From IMG/VR virus record IMGVR_UViG_3300031555_003626, positions 1 to 64,000 of that record: DNA of 64,000 nucleotides; one strand, 5' to 3'. The notes under the pieces were generated by a model, which was not told the origin of the DNA, did not search any database, and saw only the letters and a list, made by a program, of their open reading frames with translations. Positions 9,536-19,121 of this stretch are shown piece after piece. The stretch is from a virus. Its lineage: Duplodnaviria; Caudoviricetes. Both the position numbers and the translations under genes were made by a program. Position 1 is the stretch's first letter. Each line of letters begins with the position of its first letter.

Positions 9536-11404
9536 ATGAATAGTTTATTTGGTGGCTTTGATTTATCAGTAAGTGCAAAGCCAAAAGTATCACCTGAAGC
9601 TCTTATCAAAAAAGCAACCCCGACTGTTGCAGCAGAGCCTAAGAAGATAACTAATCAGAGTTTATTTGCTTCTGAAGAATTATCTGAATTTAATGTAGAA
9701 CTTAATAAACCTAAGCCTGAAGCCTTGGCTCGTAAGATTGCAAGTACTGAAGAAGGCGAAGTAGACGCTGCTAAGGTACTTAAGTCTAAGAAGGTATCTC
9801 TTGCTGAAAAGCTTGCCTTAATTAAAATTAAGGTCCTTGAAGTACTCGGTAAGCAGAGAAAGAACGTAGTTGTAATTAAGGATAAGGCAACTTTTGAAGA
9901 CTATGTTTCTAAGGCAATTGAGTTCGGTCGAATTGCAATAGACACTGAGACCAATAACTCTACCGACCCCATGACTTGTCAGCTAATGGGTCTTTGCTTG
10001 TATTATGAAGGCGGTAAGCAGGCTTATATTCCTATCAATCACGTTAACCCTGAAACTGGAGAACATCTTGATTGGCAGCTAACTGAAGAAGACTGTAGAG
10101 TACAGCTTCAGAGAATTAAGGATGCAGGCACTTTTGTAGTAATGCACAACGGTAAGTTCGATTATGAAGTTATTAAGTGCACTTGTGGTATTGAGATTGA
10201 GCCTGACTGGGATACTATGATAGGCGCTCATACTATCAATGAAAATGAGAAAATGAACCTCAAGTGGCAGTACATTAATAAGATTGACCCCACTCAGGAA
10301 AAGTATGATATCGAAAGCTTGTTCATCGTTCCGTATAAGTATGTAGAACCTGATATCTTTGCTCTCTACGCTGCGACCGACTCTATGATGACTGATAAAC
10401 TTTATGTATATCAGGTAGCTATTTTGGAAGCACCCGGCAACGAAAGACTTTACTGGATGTTTAAAACTATTGAGATGCCGATTGTTAAAGTTGCAGGCGA
10501 TATGGAGCTTATCGGTGTTTGTATTGACCAGGAATTTGGTGAAAGACTTCGTCTTAAGTTTAATCAGAATTTGGAAGATATTGACGTAAGAATTGAGCAA
10601 GAACTTGAGGCTCTCAAGCCTACAATTACAAAGTGGAAGAGCAGTAAGGATGCTACTGATAGAACTAAGCAGTTTGAGCCTAAGAAGACTACTCTCTCAC
10701 TTGCAAAGCTTGAAGAAAAGTATCCTTATGTAGACGAAAAGACTGGTAAAAGATACAAGGTTGGTAAGTCTAAAATTGAACAGCTTGCTGATCCTATCAA
10801 CCTTGCTTCGCCTACGCAGCTTGCTATACTATTTTATGATATTTTAAAGTGTCCTACGGTAAGCAAAAAATCGCCCAGAGGAACTGGAAAAGACGAGCTT
10901 GAGGCTTTAGCTGAGAGAACTGATATCGCGCTCTGTAAGCTGATTTTGGAGCGTCGTGGAGTGGTTAAACTTATCTCAACTTATATTGACGTTCTGCCTG
11001 CTCTTGCAAGACATTGGCCTGACGGACGTATTCGTTATAAGCTTAATTCTGTCGGTACTGATACTGGTCGTTTCTCTTCTGGTGGTGAATTTAAGTTCCT
11101 TGATGGTGATGAGCCTGTAGAAATTTCTGGATTTAACAGTCAGAATATTCCTTCTCGTGGAGACGGTAAAATCACTCGTCTTTTGTTTGAGGCTAAGAAA
11201 GAATTTGCTGATATTGAAGTGGATGTAGACCGTTTTACGGTACATGAAACAGCGGAGATCGAAACTGTTGACGGTTGGAAGTACGGAAAAGATATTGTAG
11301 CACTAAAAGATAGTGTACTTACGGACGATGGACCTGCTCTTATTGAAGTAGTTAGCTATGATGTTTTGAAGAAAGAATACGAATTTATTGTGAGGAAGTA
11401 TTAA
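9536..11404 (+). CDS. polA: Family A DNA polymerase, fragment 1 (3'-5' exonuclease, thumb, start of palm) plus Hint-like tail
   Basis: IAIDTET, HNGKFD, YAATD, NLASPTQL, TGRFSS, NSQNIP. Confidence 0.9.
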   Translation: MNSLFGGFDLSVSAKPKVSPEALIKKATPTVAAEPKKITNQSLFASEELSEFNVELNKPKPEALARKIASTEEGEVDAAKVLKSKKVSLAEKLALIKIKVLEVLGKQRKNVVVIKDKATFEDYVSKAIEFGRIAIDTETNNSTDPMTCQLMGLCLYYEGGKQAYIPINHVNPETGEHLDWQLTEEDCRVQLQRIKDAGTFVVMHNGKFDYEVIKCTCGIEIEPDWDTMIGAHTINENEKMNLKWQYINKIDPTQEKYDIESLFIVPYKYVEPDIFALYAATDSMMTDKLYVYQVAILEAPGNERLYWMFKTIEMPIVKVAGDMELIGVCIDQEFGERLRLKFNQNLEDIDVRIEQELEALKPTITKWKSSKDATDRTKQFEPKKTTLSLAKLEEKYPYVDEKTGKRYKVGKSKIEQLADPINLASPTQLAILFYDILKCPTVSKKSPRGTGKDELEALAERTDIALCKLILERRGVVKLISTYIDVLPALARHWPDGRIRYKLNSVGTDTGRFSSGGEFKFLDGDEPVEISGFNSQNIPSRGDGKITRLLFEAKKEFADIEVDVDRFTVHETAEIETVDGWKYGKDIVALKDSVLTDDGPALIEVVSYDVLKKEYEFIVRKY

Positions 11405-11835
11405 TGAAAGTAAGAACAAGAACTCAATATAAACTTGTCGGATCAGACTACTCTGCTCAAGAACCCCGTATAACAACGTATCTTTCTGGAGATCCAAACA
11501 TGCGACAGGCTTATCTCGAAGGCAAAGATTTATACTGCGTTATCGCATCAAATATTTATAATAATAAGTACGAAGAGAACCTGGAAAATTTTCCAGAAGG
11601 CCATGTACTTGAGCTTGACGGTAAAAAGACTGTGGCTGGAAATGATAAAAGCTATAAAAAGCAGGTTTCAGATAAGCTAGAAGTTCCTTATTATTATTTG
11701 GTACCAACTATTTCTGGAACAAAAGCGGCAGCTGAAATTCAGGCTGGTGATAGCATTATTGCTGATGAAGGTGCTTTTACTGTTGGTACTGTTGCGACTA
11801 TAAATGATATAACAACAATTTATTTTGTTGATTAA
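11404..11835 (+). CDS. polA: Family A DNA polymerase, fragment 2 (motif A) plus Hint-like tail
   Basis: LVGSDYSAQEPR (motif A), GKDLY; TAATG-coupled to fragment 1. Confidence 0.88.
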   Translation: MKVRTRTQYKLVGSDYSAQEPRITTYLSGDPNMRQAYLEGKDLYCVIASNIYNNKYEENLENFPEGHVLELDGKKTVAGNDKSYKKQVSDKLEVPYYYLVPTISGTKAAAEIQAGDSIIADEGAFTVGTVATINDITTIYFVD

Positions 11836-11895
11836 ATTATTAGCTAAATTAAATAGGATACATTCCGTAAATAACAGCGAGGAGCAATTTAATTT

Positions 11896-12915
11896 ATGCT
11901 ATATGTAATTTATTTAATCACAAATTTAATTAACAACAAAAAGTATGTTGGTCAGACTCAGCAAGGTCGCGAAGAAAAACGTTGGCAGGAGCATTTTGTT
12001 TACACAGTAAATGACAATAAGCTTCTTCATAATGCTATTAGAAAGTATGGCCCTGAAAATTTTGAAGTTAAGACTATAGAAACAGACATACCTGAAGAGC
12101 TAATTGACGAACGAGAATGCTATTATATTAAGTATTATAACACTTTCTATCTAAATAAACAAGGCTATAATATGACTGAAGGCGGCCAAGGGATTCACGG
12201 GTATATTCATACAGAAGAAACTAAGCAACAGATTAAAGAAAGTAATTTAGCTACTTGGCAAAAAATTAAAGAAGAAGAGCCTGAACGCTACTCTCGACTT
12301 TGTTTAAATAGAAGTCTTGCTAACAAAGGAAAGCCCAAATCTGCTGAGCATCGCGCTAAAATGAGTGTGATTGCTTCAGCACGTATTGGAGAGAAAAATT
12401 CTTTTTACGGAAAGCACTTTTCGGAAGAGTCAAAAGAAAAACAACGTGAAAACTGGAGAACTAAGTGCGAACCTATTAAAGCTTTTTCCGCACAAACTGG
12501 CCAGCTGTATAAAAAGTATTATACTGCGATGGATGCTGTTCGAGACTTAAATCTGCAAAGTAGCGCAAATAGCCGTATTATAACAATATGTAAAGAGCAA
12601 AAGGGTGTTGGTTATGGATTTATTTGGCGATATGAAAAAGATTGTCCGGATGATTTTATTTTGGTAGCTAAGCATGAGCCACTATTAAGGCAGGACACTG
12701 GAATTAAAAAGTCCGCTGTAGCAAAAAAAGTTTTTCAATATGATAGTCAAAACAACTTAATAGCAGAGTTTGAATCTGCGGCTGAGGCAGCACGTAAGCT
12801 TCAACCAGACCAAGCTAAGCAACGAAACTTAGCGAAAAAAATAAATTGTACTTGCCGAGGACAGTATAAAACTTGCCACGGTTATGTTTGGAGCTACATG
12901 AAATTAGACAGTTAA
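11896..12915 (+). mobile_element. Free-standing GIY-YIG homing endonuclease (NUMOD3/NUMOD1-like repeats) inside the polymerase locus
   Basis: VIYLITN..KKYVGQT, ERE, GYNMTEGG, HTEETKQ, GEKNSFYGKH; has its own promoter and RBS. Confidence 0.88.
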
Positions 12916-12960
12916 TATCGTATTTTATAATAATATAATTATTGAGGAGGTGATGCCTAC

Positions 12961-13920
12961 ATGAGTACTATTAAAACAATTGAAATAAAGTCCCCACCAA
13001 AGCTTCTTAATAAAGAAGGCAAGGAAAGACGTTCGGTTGCGAAGATGGTGCTTTTGTGACGAAACTTGGCACTTACGTATGGAATGGGGCCAAGCACGTT
13101 GGCAAAACGTATTAATAAAACAAATCAGGAAGCACAAGAGATTTTCGATAACTTCTTTAAGAGCTTTCCGAAGGTAGAAGAGCTTATTAATAGCTCGAAA
13201 GAATTTTTAAGAACTCACGGTTATGTAGAAGACTGGGCAGGTAGAAGACGTCATTTGACAGATTACTTCCTTAATCCTTATGAAGCTTCTTACATGGATC
13301 CTGATAAGCTTATTGCTCAGACTTTTAATCCTATTCTTGGTTGTGAGAGCAGACCTCTTGTAGATGATAAGCTCACTTCTTGGGTAAATAGAGCTAAGAC
13401 AACTAAGAATAATAAAGAATTTGATGAGCTTGCTAAGTTGGCAGCAAAAGAAGGAATTATTCTATCTGCAAATACCGGTAGAATCGCTCAGGCAGAGAGA
13501 CAGTGCCTTAATGCAAGAATTCAGGGATCTGCAGCTTCACTTACTAAGCTGGCTATGATCCAGATTCATAATAGTCAGGAACTTAAAGATATTGATGCAA
13601 AACTTGTTATGACTATTCATGATGAAGTTATGCTCGAATGCCCTGCTTTGTATGCAGACCAGGCATCCGAGATTCTTCCAAGAATTATGATTGATGCTGC
13701 TGCACCTTATATCGATGTTCCTATGAAATGTGACCCTGCTATTGAGTCTCGTTGGTATACTTCGGAGTACGCCGTAGCTGTTCAGTCTGAGTTTAAGAAG
13801 CTTACTGATAAAGGACTTGAAAGAGATGAAGCATTTAAGAAGCTTTATGCTAAGCACCCCGAGCTTCCTGAAGAAGCTATTTACAAAACTATTACTGAAG
13901 GCATTGACCTTGAATTTTAA
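12961..13920 (+). CDS. polA: Family A DNA polymerase, fragment 3 (motifs B and C), interrupted by an in-frame TGA at 13057-13059
   Basis: GAGGAGGTG RBS, then MSTIK...KERRSVAKMVLL*RNL-ALTYGMG in one frame; NARIQGSAA; TIHDEV. Confidence 0.85.
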
Positions 13921-13945
13921 TATACGAAGGAGAAATTTTTAAGTT

Positions 13946-14572
13946 TTGGTAACACCCGGATTTTTAGAGAATGGTATTGATTTTGACCCGTTGATCGACT
14001 ATTATGTGGCTAATAATTACTATGTTGAAGTGGTAAACCAATCAGAAGTTAAAGTAGCAACAGCTTTAACAGAAAGTGTTATTAATAATAGCCACGGATA
14101 TCAGGAGGAAGAGAGCTCTGCAAAGAAGCCTAACGTTAGGCTTCGAATGATTTTTAACTCTATGTTATGGGAAAAGATCGTAAAAAGAGTCAGTAGTTTA
14201 ATTAGGAAAAGCAGCGCTGTATGGCTAGTTGGTGGTTCTTATGAAAAAGGCACGGACTTCCAATCAACTGACGGCGTTGATATTGAAGCAAAAGTATATA
14301 AAGATATAAACAGCATGAATTTTTATGCTAAAAAAGGCTCTGTAGACTATACTGTATTTCATGGTGCCGAATATGTACTTTGTTATTTGATTAATAGTCA
14401 TGAAAATAAACACGTATATTGGCTTAAAAAAACTAATGGAATATATCATATATATAATGATGAAGGATTAGAGTACTTAACAAGCAAGCGCCTGCCACAG
14501 GTGATTCCAGTTTGTTACTGTACGATAAGGCCTGATAAAATTATTTTCGGTAAAAGTACTTATTGTACTTAA
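13946..14572 (+). CDS. Hypothetical protein, possible PD-(D/E)xK nuclease fold
   Basis: TDF.....DIEAK pattern; TTG start with long RBS spacing. Confidence 0.45.
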   Translation: MVTPGFLENGIDFDPLIDYYVANNYYVEVVNQSEVKVATALTESVINNSHGYQEEESSAKKPNVRLRMIFNSMLWEKIVKRVSSLIRKSSAVWLVGGSYEKGTDFQSTDGVDIEAKVYKDINSMNFYAKKGSVDYTVFHGAEYVLCYLINSHENKHVYWLKKTNGIYHIYNDEGLEYLTSKRLPQVIPVCYCTIRPDKIIFGKSTYCT

Positions 14573-14615
14573 TCTGCTAAATTATAATGATTAATATTTA
14601 ATATTGGAGATTATT

Positions 14616-15953
14616 ATGATTAAAACAGAATTTATGGAGCTTTATGAAGAGCTTAGTGAGATAAATGGAGATTCAATATCTATAGAAGGCGTTTCTTCAC
14701 CAGAAGAGCTAATGGACTGGATGAATGAAAACATTACTTATGAACTTGTAGATGATGAGTATTCTAACAGTAACGGAGTTCCTACTAAAACAGCAGAAGA
14801 AGTTTTAAAAACTGGCACTGGACATTGCGCTGAACAGTCCTATCTCGAAAAAGAAGTTCTTGATGATCTTGGTTACGAGACTTTCTTAGTAATGGTTAAA
14901 GAGAATAATTCTAAAAAAGAATACGGTGCGGAAGGTTCTGCTCATGTGTTTTTAGTTTATAAAGAAGGTAAAAATTACTGCTGGTTTGAGCATTCAATGC
15001 AGCATGCCAGAGGTATTCATAAATACACTTCTTTAGACGCGCTTCTACAGGATGTTGCTAATCAGTGGTGGCGCTATGATGAAAATTCTGATATTCTTGA
15101 AGTAAGAATGATGGATAAAGTTATCACAGGCGTTGACAACTGGGGACTTGCTAAAGAGTGCTATAAATTACCTGTAGAATATACTTTTGATATTTCTAAT
15201 AATATTATGGAGTCTGATGTTCCACTTGAAGAGTCTGTAAACAGCAACTCTCAAATTGATTATCTTCCAGTTTCAGACGTAGAGCTTTTTAAAGAGTATG
15301 CCGATGATATTTTGGACGGATATGGAAATATGTCTGATGCTGATATTAAGAGCTCTATTAAAGAAATTCATTTTGAAGGAAAGCTTGCTGGCTATATCGG
15401 TTTTTCTGAGTATGAGGAAAACGGAAGCAAGTGTCTCGGTATTGGTAATTTTATGATTATCGAGCGTGGTAAAGGCCTTGGCTCAGCAGTAATTCAAAAT
15501 ATTGTAGAAAAGTATAAAAATCAATATGATCTTATTTATTGCTTTGTAGATGCTAAAAATGACGGCGCTATCCGACTTTACAAAAAGCTTGGAAAAGTTT
15601 ATGATGAAGACGGTCCAAATGACAACGGTGAGTACTACGTAACTTTCTGGGACAACGGTAAATGGGATCTTGATGAGGAATTTGACCCACCGTATAATGA
15701 ACAACAAGTAAGAAATACTTATGGCGAGGAAACTTATCAGCGATTAATAAAAGACCCTGCTCATCTTTGGAGAATGAGAACAGGTATTGAGCTAATTCAT
15801 AGAGAGCCATCAAAAAAGGAGCTTGAAAGAATTTGGGCTAACTGGCAGCTTATGACGATTAATCAAAAACGTAAATCAGATGAAAAATCTAAAGAGTTGT
15901 TTGGCAAAACTAATGCTGAGCATTATGCAGAGCTTATCAAAACTTATAATTAA
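14616..15953 (+). CDS. Multidomain protein: transglutaminase-like, GNAT acetyltransferase, unknown C-terminal domain
   Basis: GHCAEQS...HVFLVY...WFE; RGKGLGS...NDGAIRLYKKLG; ATG 14616 after GGAG. Confidence 0.7.
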   Translation: MIKTEFMELYEELSEINGDSISIEGVSSPEELMDWMNENITYELVDDEYSNSNGVPTKTAEEVLKTGTGHCAEQSYLEKEVLDDLGYETFLVMVKENNSKKEYGAEGSAHVFLVYKEGKNYCWFEHSMQHARGIHKYTSLDALLQDVANQWWRYDENSDILEVRMMDKVITGVDNWGLAKECYKLPVEYTFDISNNIMESDVPLEESVNSNSQIDYLPVSDVELFKEYADDILDGYGNMSDADIKSSIKEIHFEGKLAGYIGFSEYEENGSKCLGIGNFMIIERGKGLGSAVIQNIVEKYKNQYDLIYCFVDAKNDGAIRLYKKLGKVYDEDGPNDNGEYYVTFWDNGKWDLDEEFDPPYNEQQVRNTYGEETYQRLIKDPAHLWRMRTGIELIHREPSKKELERIWANWQLMTINQKRKSDEKSKELFGKTNAEHYAELIKTYN

Positions 15954-16042
15954 ATAAACCTTTTTAAAGACGAGTTAGTAAAATAGCTCGTCTTTTATTG
16001 TATTATATAGTATGTAAAAATAAAATAAGGAGAAACTATAAA

Positions 16043-17182
16043 ATGATTTTAAAGACAAAGAATTTCCAGGAAGCAGCTAATAAGATTCTCTTGGCAGTTG
16101 GAGTAGACAAGGCAGCGGCAAATCTTGAGCTTGCCGCAAGAGATACTAAACTCTATCTCAGAGTTACAAATCGCGAGTGGTATTGCGCCGTAGCTTTTGA
16201 CCTCGAGACTCCCACAGAGTTCCGTGCTGTAGTAGACGCAAATCTCTTCCTTAATCTTATTTCAGGTATCAGCACCGAAGAGTTTGAGCTTGAGATTAAG
16301 GATACTGTTGTAGTAGTAAAGGCAGGCAGAAGCTCTTATAAGCTCGCCATGATTTATGAAAACGACCAGCTCATGAAGCTTCCTATTATTAAGCTTGATC
16401 CTGAGCAGGTAACAGTGAGTATGACTATCTCTAATGATATTCTTATGAGTATTCTTAACGTAAACAGCCGTGAGGTTCAGAAGGCTAAGAAGGTAGAAGT
16501 AAACGAGCTTCAGAGATACTACTACATCGATGAGACTGGTTGCTTTACTTTCACTACTGGTGCCTGCATCAATGCCTTCACTCTTGAAAAGCCTATCAAG
16601 CTTCTTCTTACTGATAAGGTAGTAAAGCTCTTTAAGCTCTTTGGCTCTGATGCTTTCCTGTCTTATGGTCATATTGTAAATGCTGATAATTCTCTTCAGC
16701 CTATCGTAGTTTTCCAGACTGAGGACGTCTATGTAGCAACCAGACTTCTTAGCGACGAAACCTGTATTCAGAAGGTTAAGGCACCCTGTGATGCAATGAA
16801 GGCTCTCGCTAAAGAAATTTATGAGCATAATCTCGTACTTTCTGCTACCGACCTTTCTGCAGCAATCAGCAGACTTCTTATGTTCCACAAGAATAGCAGT
16901 GCAAAGGCAGATCTTTCTTTTGTTCCTGCTTCTGTAGAGTTTTCCAATACAGAGCTTACTATCTCTGACATTTCTGGTGACAATAAGGAAGTTATTACTA
17001 TCGAAAACGGTAGCTCAACTCCCGGCGGTTATTCTATGGGTGTAAACCTTATTGACCTTAAGGCCGTTCTTGATTCTTGCAAGAATGAGCATATTACTAT
17101 GAACTGCGGTAACCACAAGTCTATTATTATCTGCCGAGCCAATATCAGTAATGTTATTGCTGAGACGAGGACTAAGGAATAA
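16043..17182 (+). CDS. Sliding clamp, DNA Pol III beta-like
   Basis: 379 aa with beta-clamp-like size and pattern; matching clamp-loader genes nearby. Confidence 0.7.
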   Translation: MILKTKNFQEAANKILLAVGVDKAAANLELAARDTKLYLRVTNREWYCAVAFDLETPTEFRAVVDANLFLNLISGISTEEFELEIKDTVVVVKAGRSSYKLAMIYENDQLMKLPIIKLDPEQVTVSMTISNDILMSILNVNSREVQKAKKVEVNELQRYYYIDETGCFTFTTGACINAFTLEKPIKLLLTDKVVKLFKLFGSDAFLSYGHIVNADNSLQPIVVFQTEDVYVATRLLSDETCIQKVKAPCDAMKALAKEIYEHNLVLSATDLSAAISRLLMFHKNSSAKADLSFVPASVEFSNTELTISDISGDNKEVITIENGSSTPGGYSMGVNLIDLKAVLDSCKNEHITMNCGNHKSIIICRANISNVIAETRTKE

Positions 17183-17676
17183 TGGCAAATACGACAATTG
17201 GTAAAAAGTGGGAAAGTAAATTTGAGTCAACTTGGATCAAACAATTTCCTGATAAGCTTATTTATCGTTTGCCAGACCAGCAAGGCGGTTATGCCGGTGA
17301 GGGAGGCTCTAATCCATGTGACTTCATGTGCTACCCAGGTAATTGTGTTTTAATGGTTGAGTGCAAGGCCCATAAAGGTGCTTCGATATCATTTAATGAT
17401 ATTCCACAGTATGAAAGACAGCTCAAATACAAAGATAAGTATAAAACTTTTCCTGGGGTACTTGTTTGGTTTTATGAGAAAGACCTAATCATTTGGGTAT
17501 CTATTGAAGAAATGGAAAAAATGGTTAATGATGGCGAGAAGTCGATTGGCCTTAGAATGATTGACGAGAAAAAACCTTACAAAAAATCGTATAATATTAT
17601 TAAGGTTGACGCTCAAAAGCTACGTACTTTTATGGAAGCAGACCTTATTAAATTAGTGGAGGTTTTGAATGGCTAA
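17182..17676 (+). CDS. RecU-like Holliday junction resolvase
   Basis: GKKWE, RLPD, PCDF, VECK. Confidence 0.7.
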   Translation: MANTTIGKKWESKFESTWIKQFPDKLIYRLPDQQGGYAGEGGSNPCDFMCYPGNCVLMVECKAHKGASISFNDIPQYERQLKYKDKYKTFPGVLVWFYEKDLIIWVSIEEMEKMVNDGEKSIGLRMIDEKKPYKKSYNIIKVDAQKLRTFMEADLIKLVEVLNG

Positions 17677-18157
17677 AGATTTAAATAAAGCTCTCGAAGC
17701 AGTTGAGCTCACCTACGGGCAGATTAAAGAAATTGCAGATAGCATGCTCGCTGGGCCTTTTGAAGAGCCTAATAGAATTGTAGAAATGATTCAATATAAT
17801 ATTGAGTCTATGTCTATTGAAATGCTCAGAGACTCTATCTTGAGACTTCAGCTTGCAGTCTATTCTTTGAGTGAGCTTAGAGATAGATCTGGCATTAAGG
17901 CAGTTTGTGCGGAAGCAATCAAGAAAGAGGCTTATGCTGCATCATATATCGGACAGGAAGGAACTGCCGGAGTAAAGGATTCTAATACCACTCTTGCGAT
18001 TTCCGAGAATATCGTTGCTCAGTGTCTCTATGACCTTGTAGCAAGTTTGGTTAAAACTAAGGTTGACCAGGTTCAAAGAATGATTGATTCTCTTAAAACA
18101 ATACTTATGAGTAGAATGCAAGAATTAAAGTTATCAAATAGCTCTATTTCTGATTGA
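17669..18157 (+). CDS. Hypothetical helical protein
   Basis: Coupled ORF with GGAGG RBS. Confidence 0.7.
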   Translation: MAKDLNKALEAVELTYGQIKEIADSMLAGPFEEPNRIVEMIQYNIESMSIEMLRDSILRLQLAVYSLSELRDRSGIKAVCAEAIKKEAYAASYIGQEGTAGVKDSNTTLAISENIVAQCLYDLVASLVKTKVDQVQRMIDSLKTILMSRMQELKLSNSSISD

Positions 18158-18234
18158 TACACTTAAATTAATTTAAAAGTGTCCTAAAATAATTCGCTAA
18201 ATTTAATAGAGAATAAACTTAGGAGATACTGAAA

Positions 18235-19107
18235 GTGGCAAAAATTTATAAAATAACTAATACTAAAAATGGTAAGTTTTATATCGGAATGACTGTTGAT
18301 TCACTTGAGCAGCGATTAAAAGAGCACATACAAGAATGTCGCAGATATGAACGCGGTACAGTAAAATATAAGTCTAGACTATATAATGCAATGATAGCTG
18401 ACGGTATACAGTACTTTATTATTGAGTTAGTAGAAGATAATGTACCGAGAGAACTTGTAGGAGAGCGGGAGCAGTATTATATTAAATTACTAAGGTCTCA
18501 AGATGACTCTATTGGTTATAATATCAGTAAAGGTGGCCGAGCAGGTCCACCGCAAGGTAAACATACTGAGCAGGCTAAATTGATGCAGTCAATCCATAAT
18601 AAGAATAAAATTTGGTGTTATGACCCAAATACATTGGAGTATCGAAAAGTACTTCCTGAGGATGTACCCGAAGGTTTTATTATCGGTATGCTTGAGAGCC
18701 ATAAAGCCAAATTAAAAGGTGAAAATAACGGTATGTATGGAAAAGTAGGTTCAAACCGAGGAAAAACTTTGTCAGAAGAGACAAAAAAGAGATCCAGTGA
18801 AACTAAAAAAGCTAGAAATAAAAATAGAAATTGGGCGTGGTATACAAATGGCTCAGAAGAACACTGGATTAATTTAAACGAAAAACAGCCCCCAGAAGGA
18901 TTTTATCCAGGGCGAATTCCGAATAAAAACGCACATCGAGTTTCTATTGAAATAGAAGATTTAATTGAGCATAAAACGTATCAATTTGATGCTTACAGCT
19001 TCGCACAAGAAGCCTTAAAACTATCTTATATGACTATTGTAAAGTCTATAAAAACAGGATGTATTATCAAGAATAGATATAAATGTAAGCTAAAAACTGA
19101 TAAATAA
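18235..19107 (+). mobile_element. Free-standing GIY-YIG homing endonuclease upstream of recA
   Basis: KIYKITN..KFYIGMT, ERE, GYNISKGG, GENNGMYGK, LSEETKK. Confidence 0.85.
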
Positions 19108-19121
19108 AGAAAGGATAAATT

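Noticed and set aside
13057-13059. Genome-wide TGA reassignment or selenocysteine
   Set aside because: TGA ends many genes (755, 18157, 31847, 38112, 51191, 53173), and readthrough would leave a 4-aa insertion in motif B.
13056-13065. Hammerhead ribozyme suggested by GACGAAAC
   Set aside because: No CTGAnGA core or matching stems nearby.
11640-13066. Group I intron carrying the GIY-YIG gene
   Set aside because: No P7/R/S core is recognisable, there is little non-coding space, and the downstream fragment has its own RBS and start.
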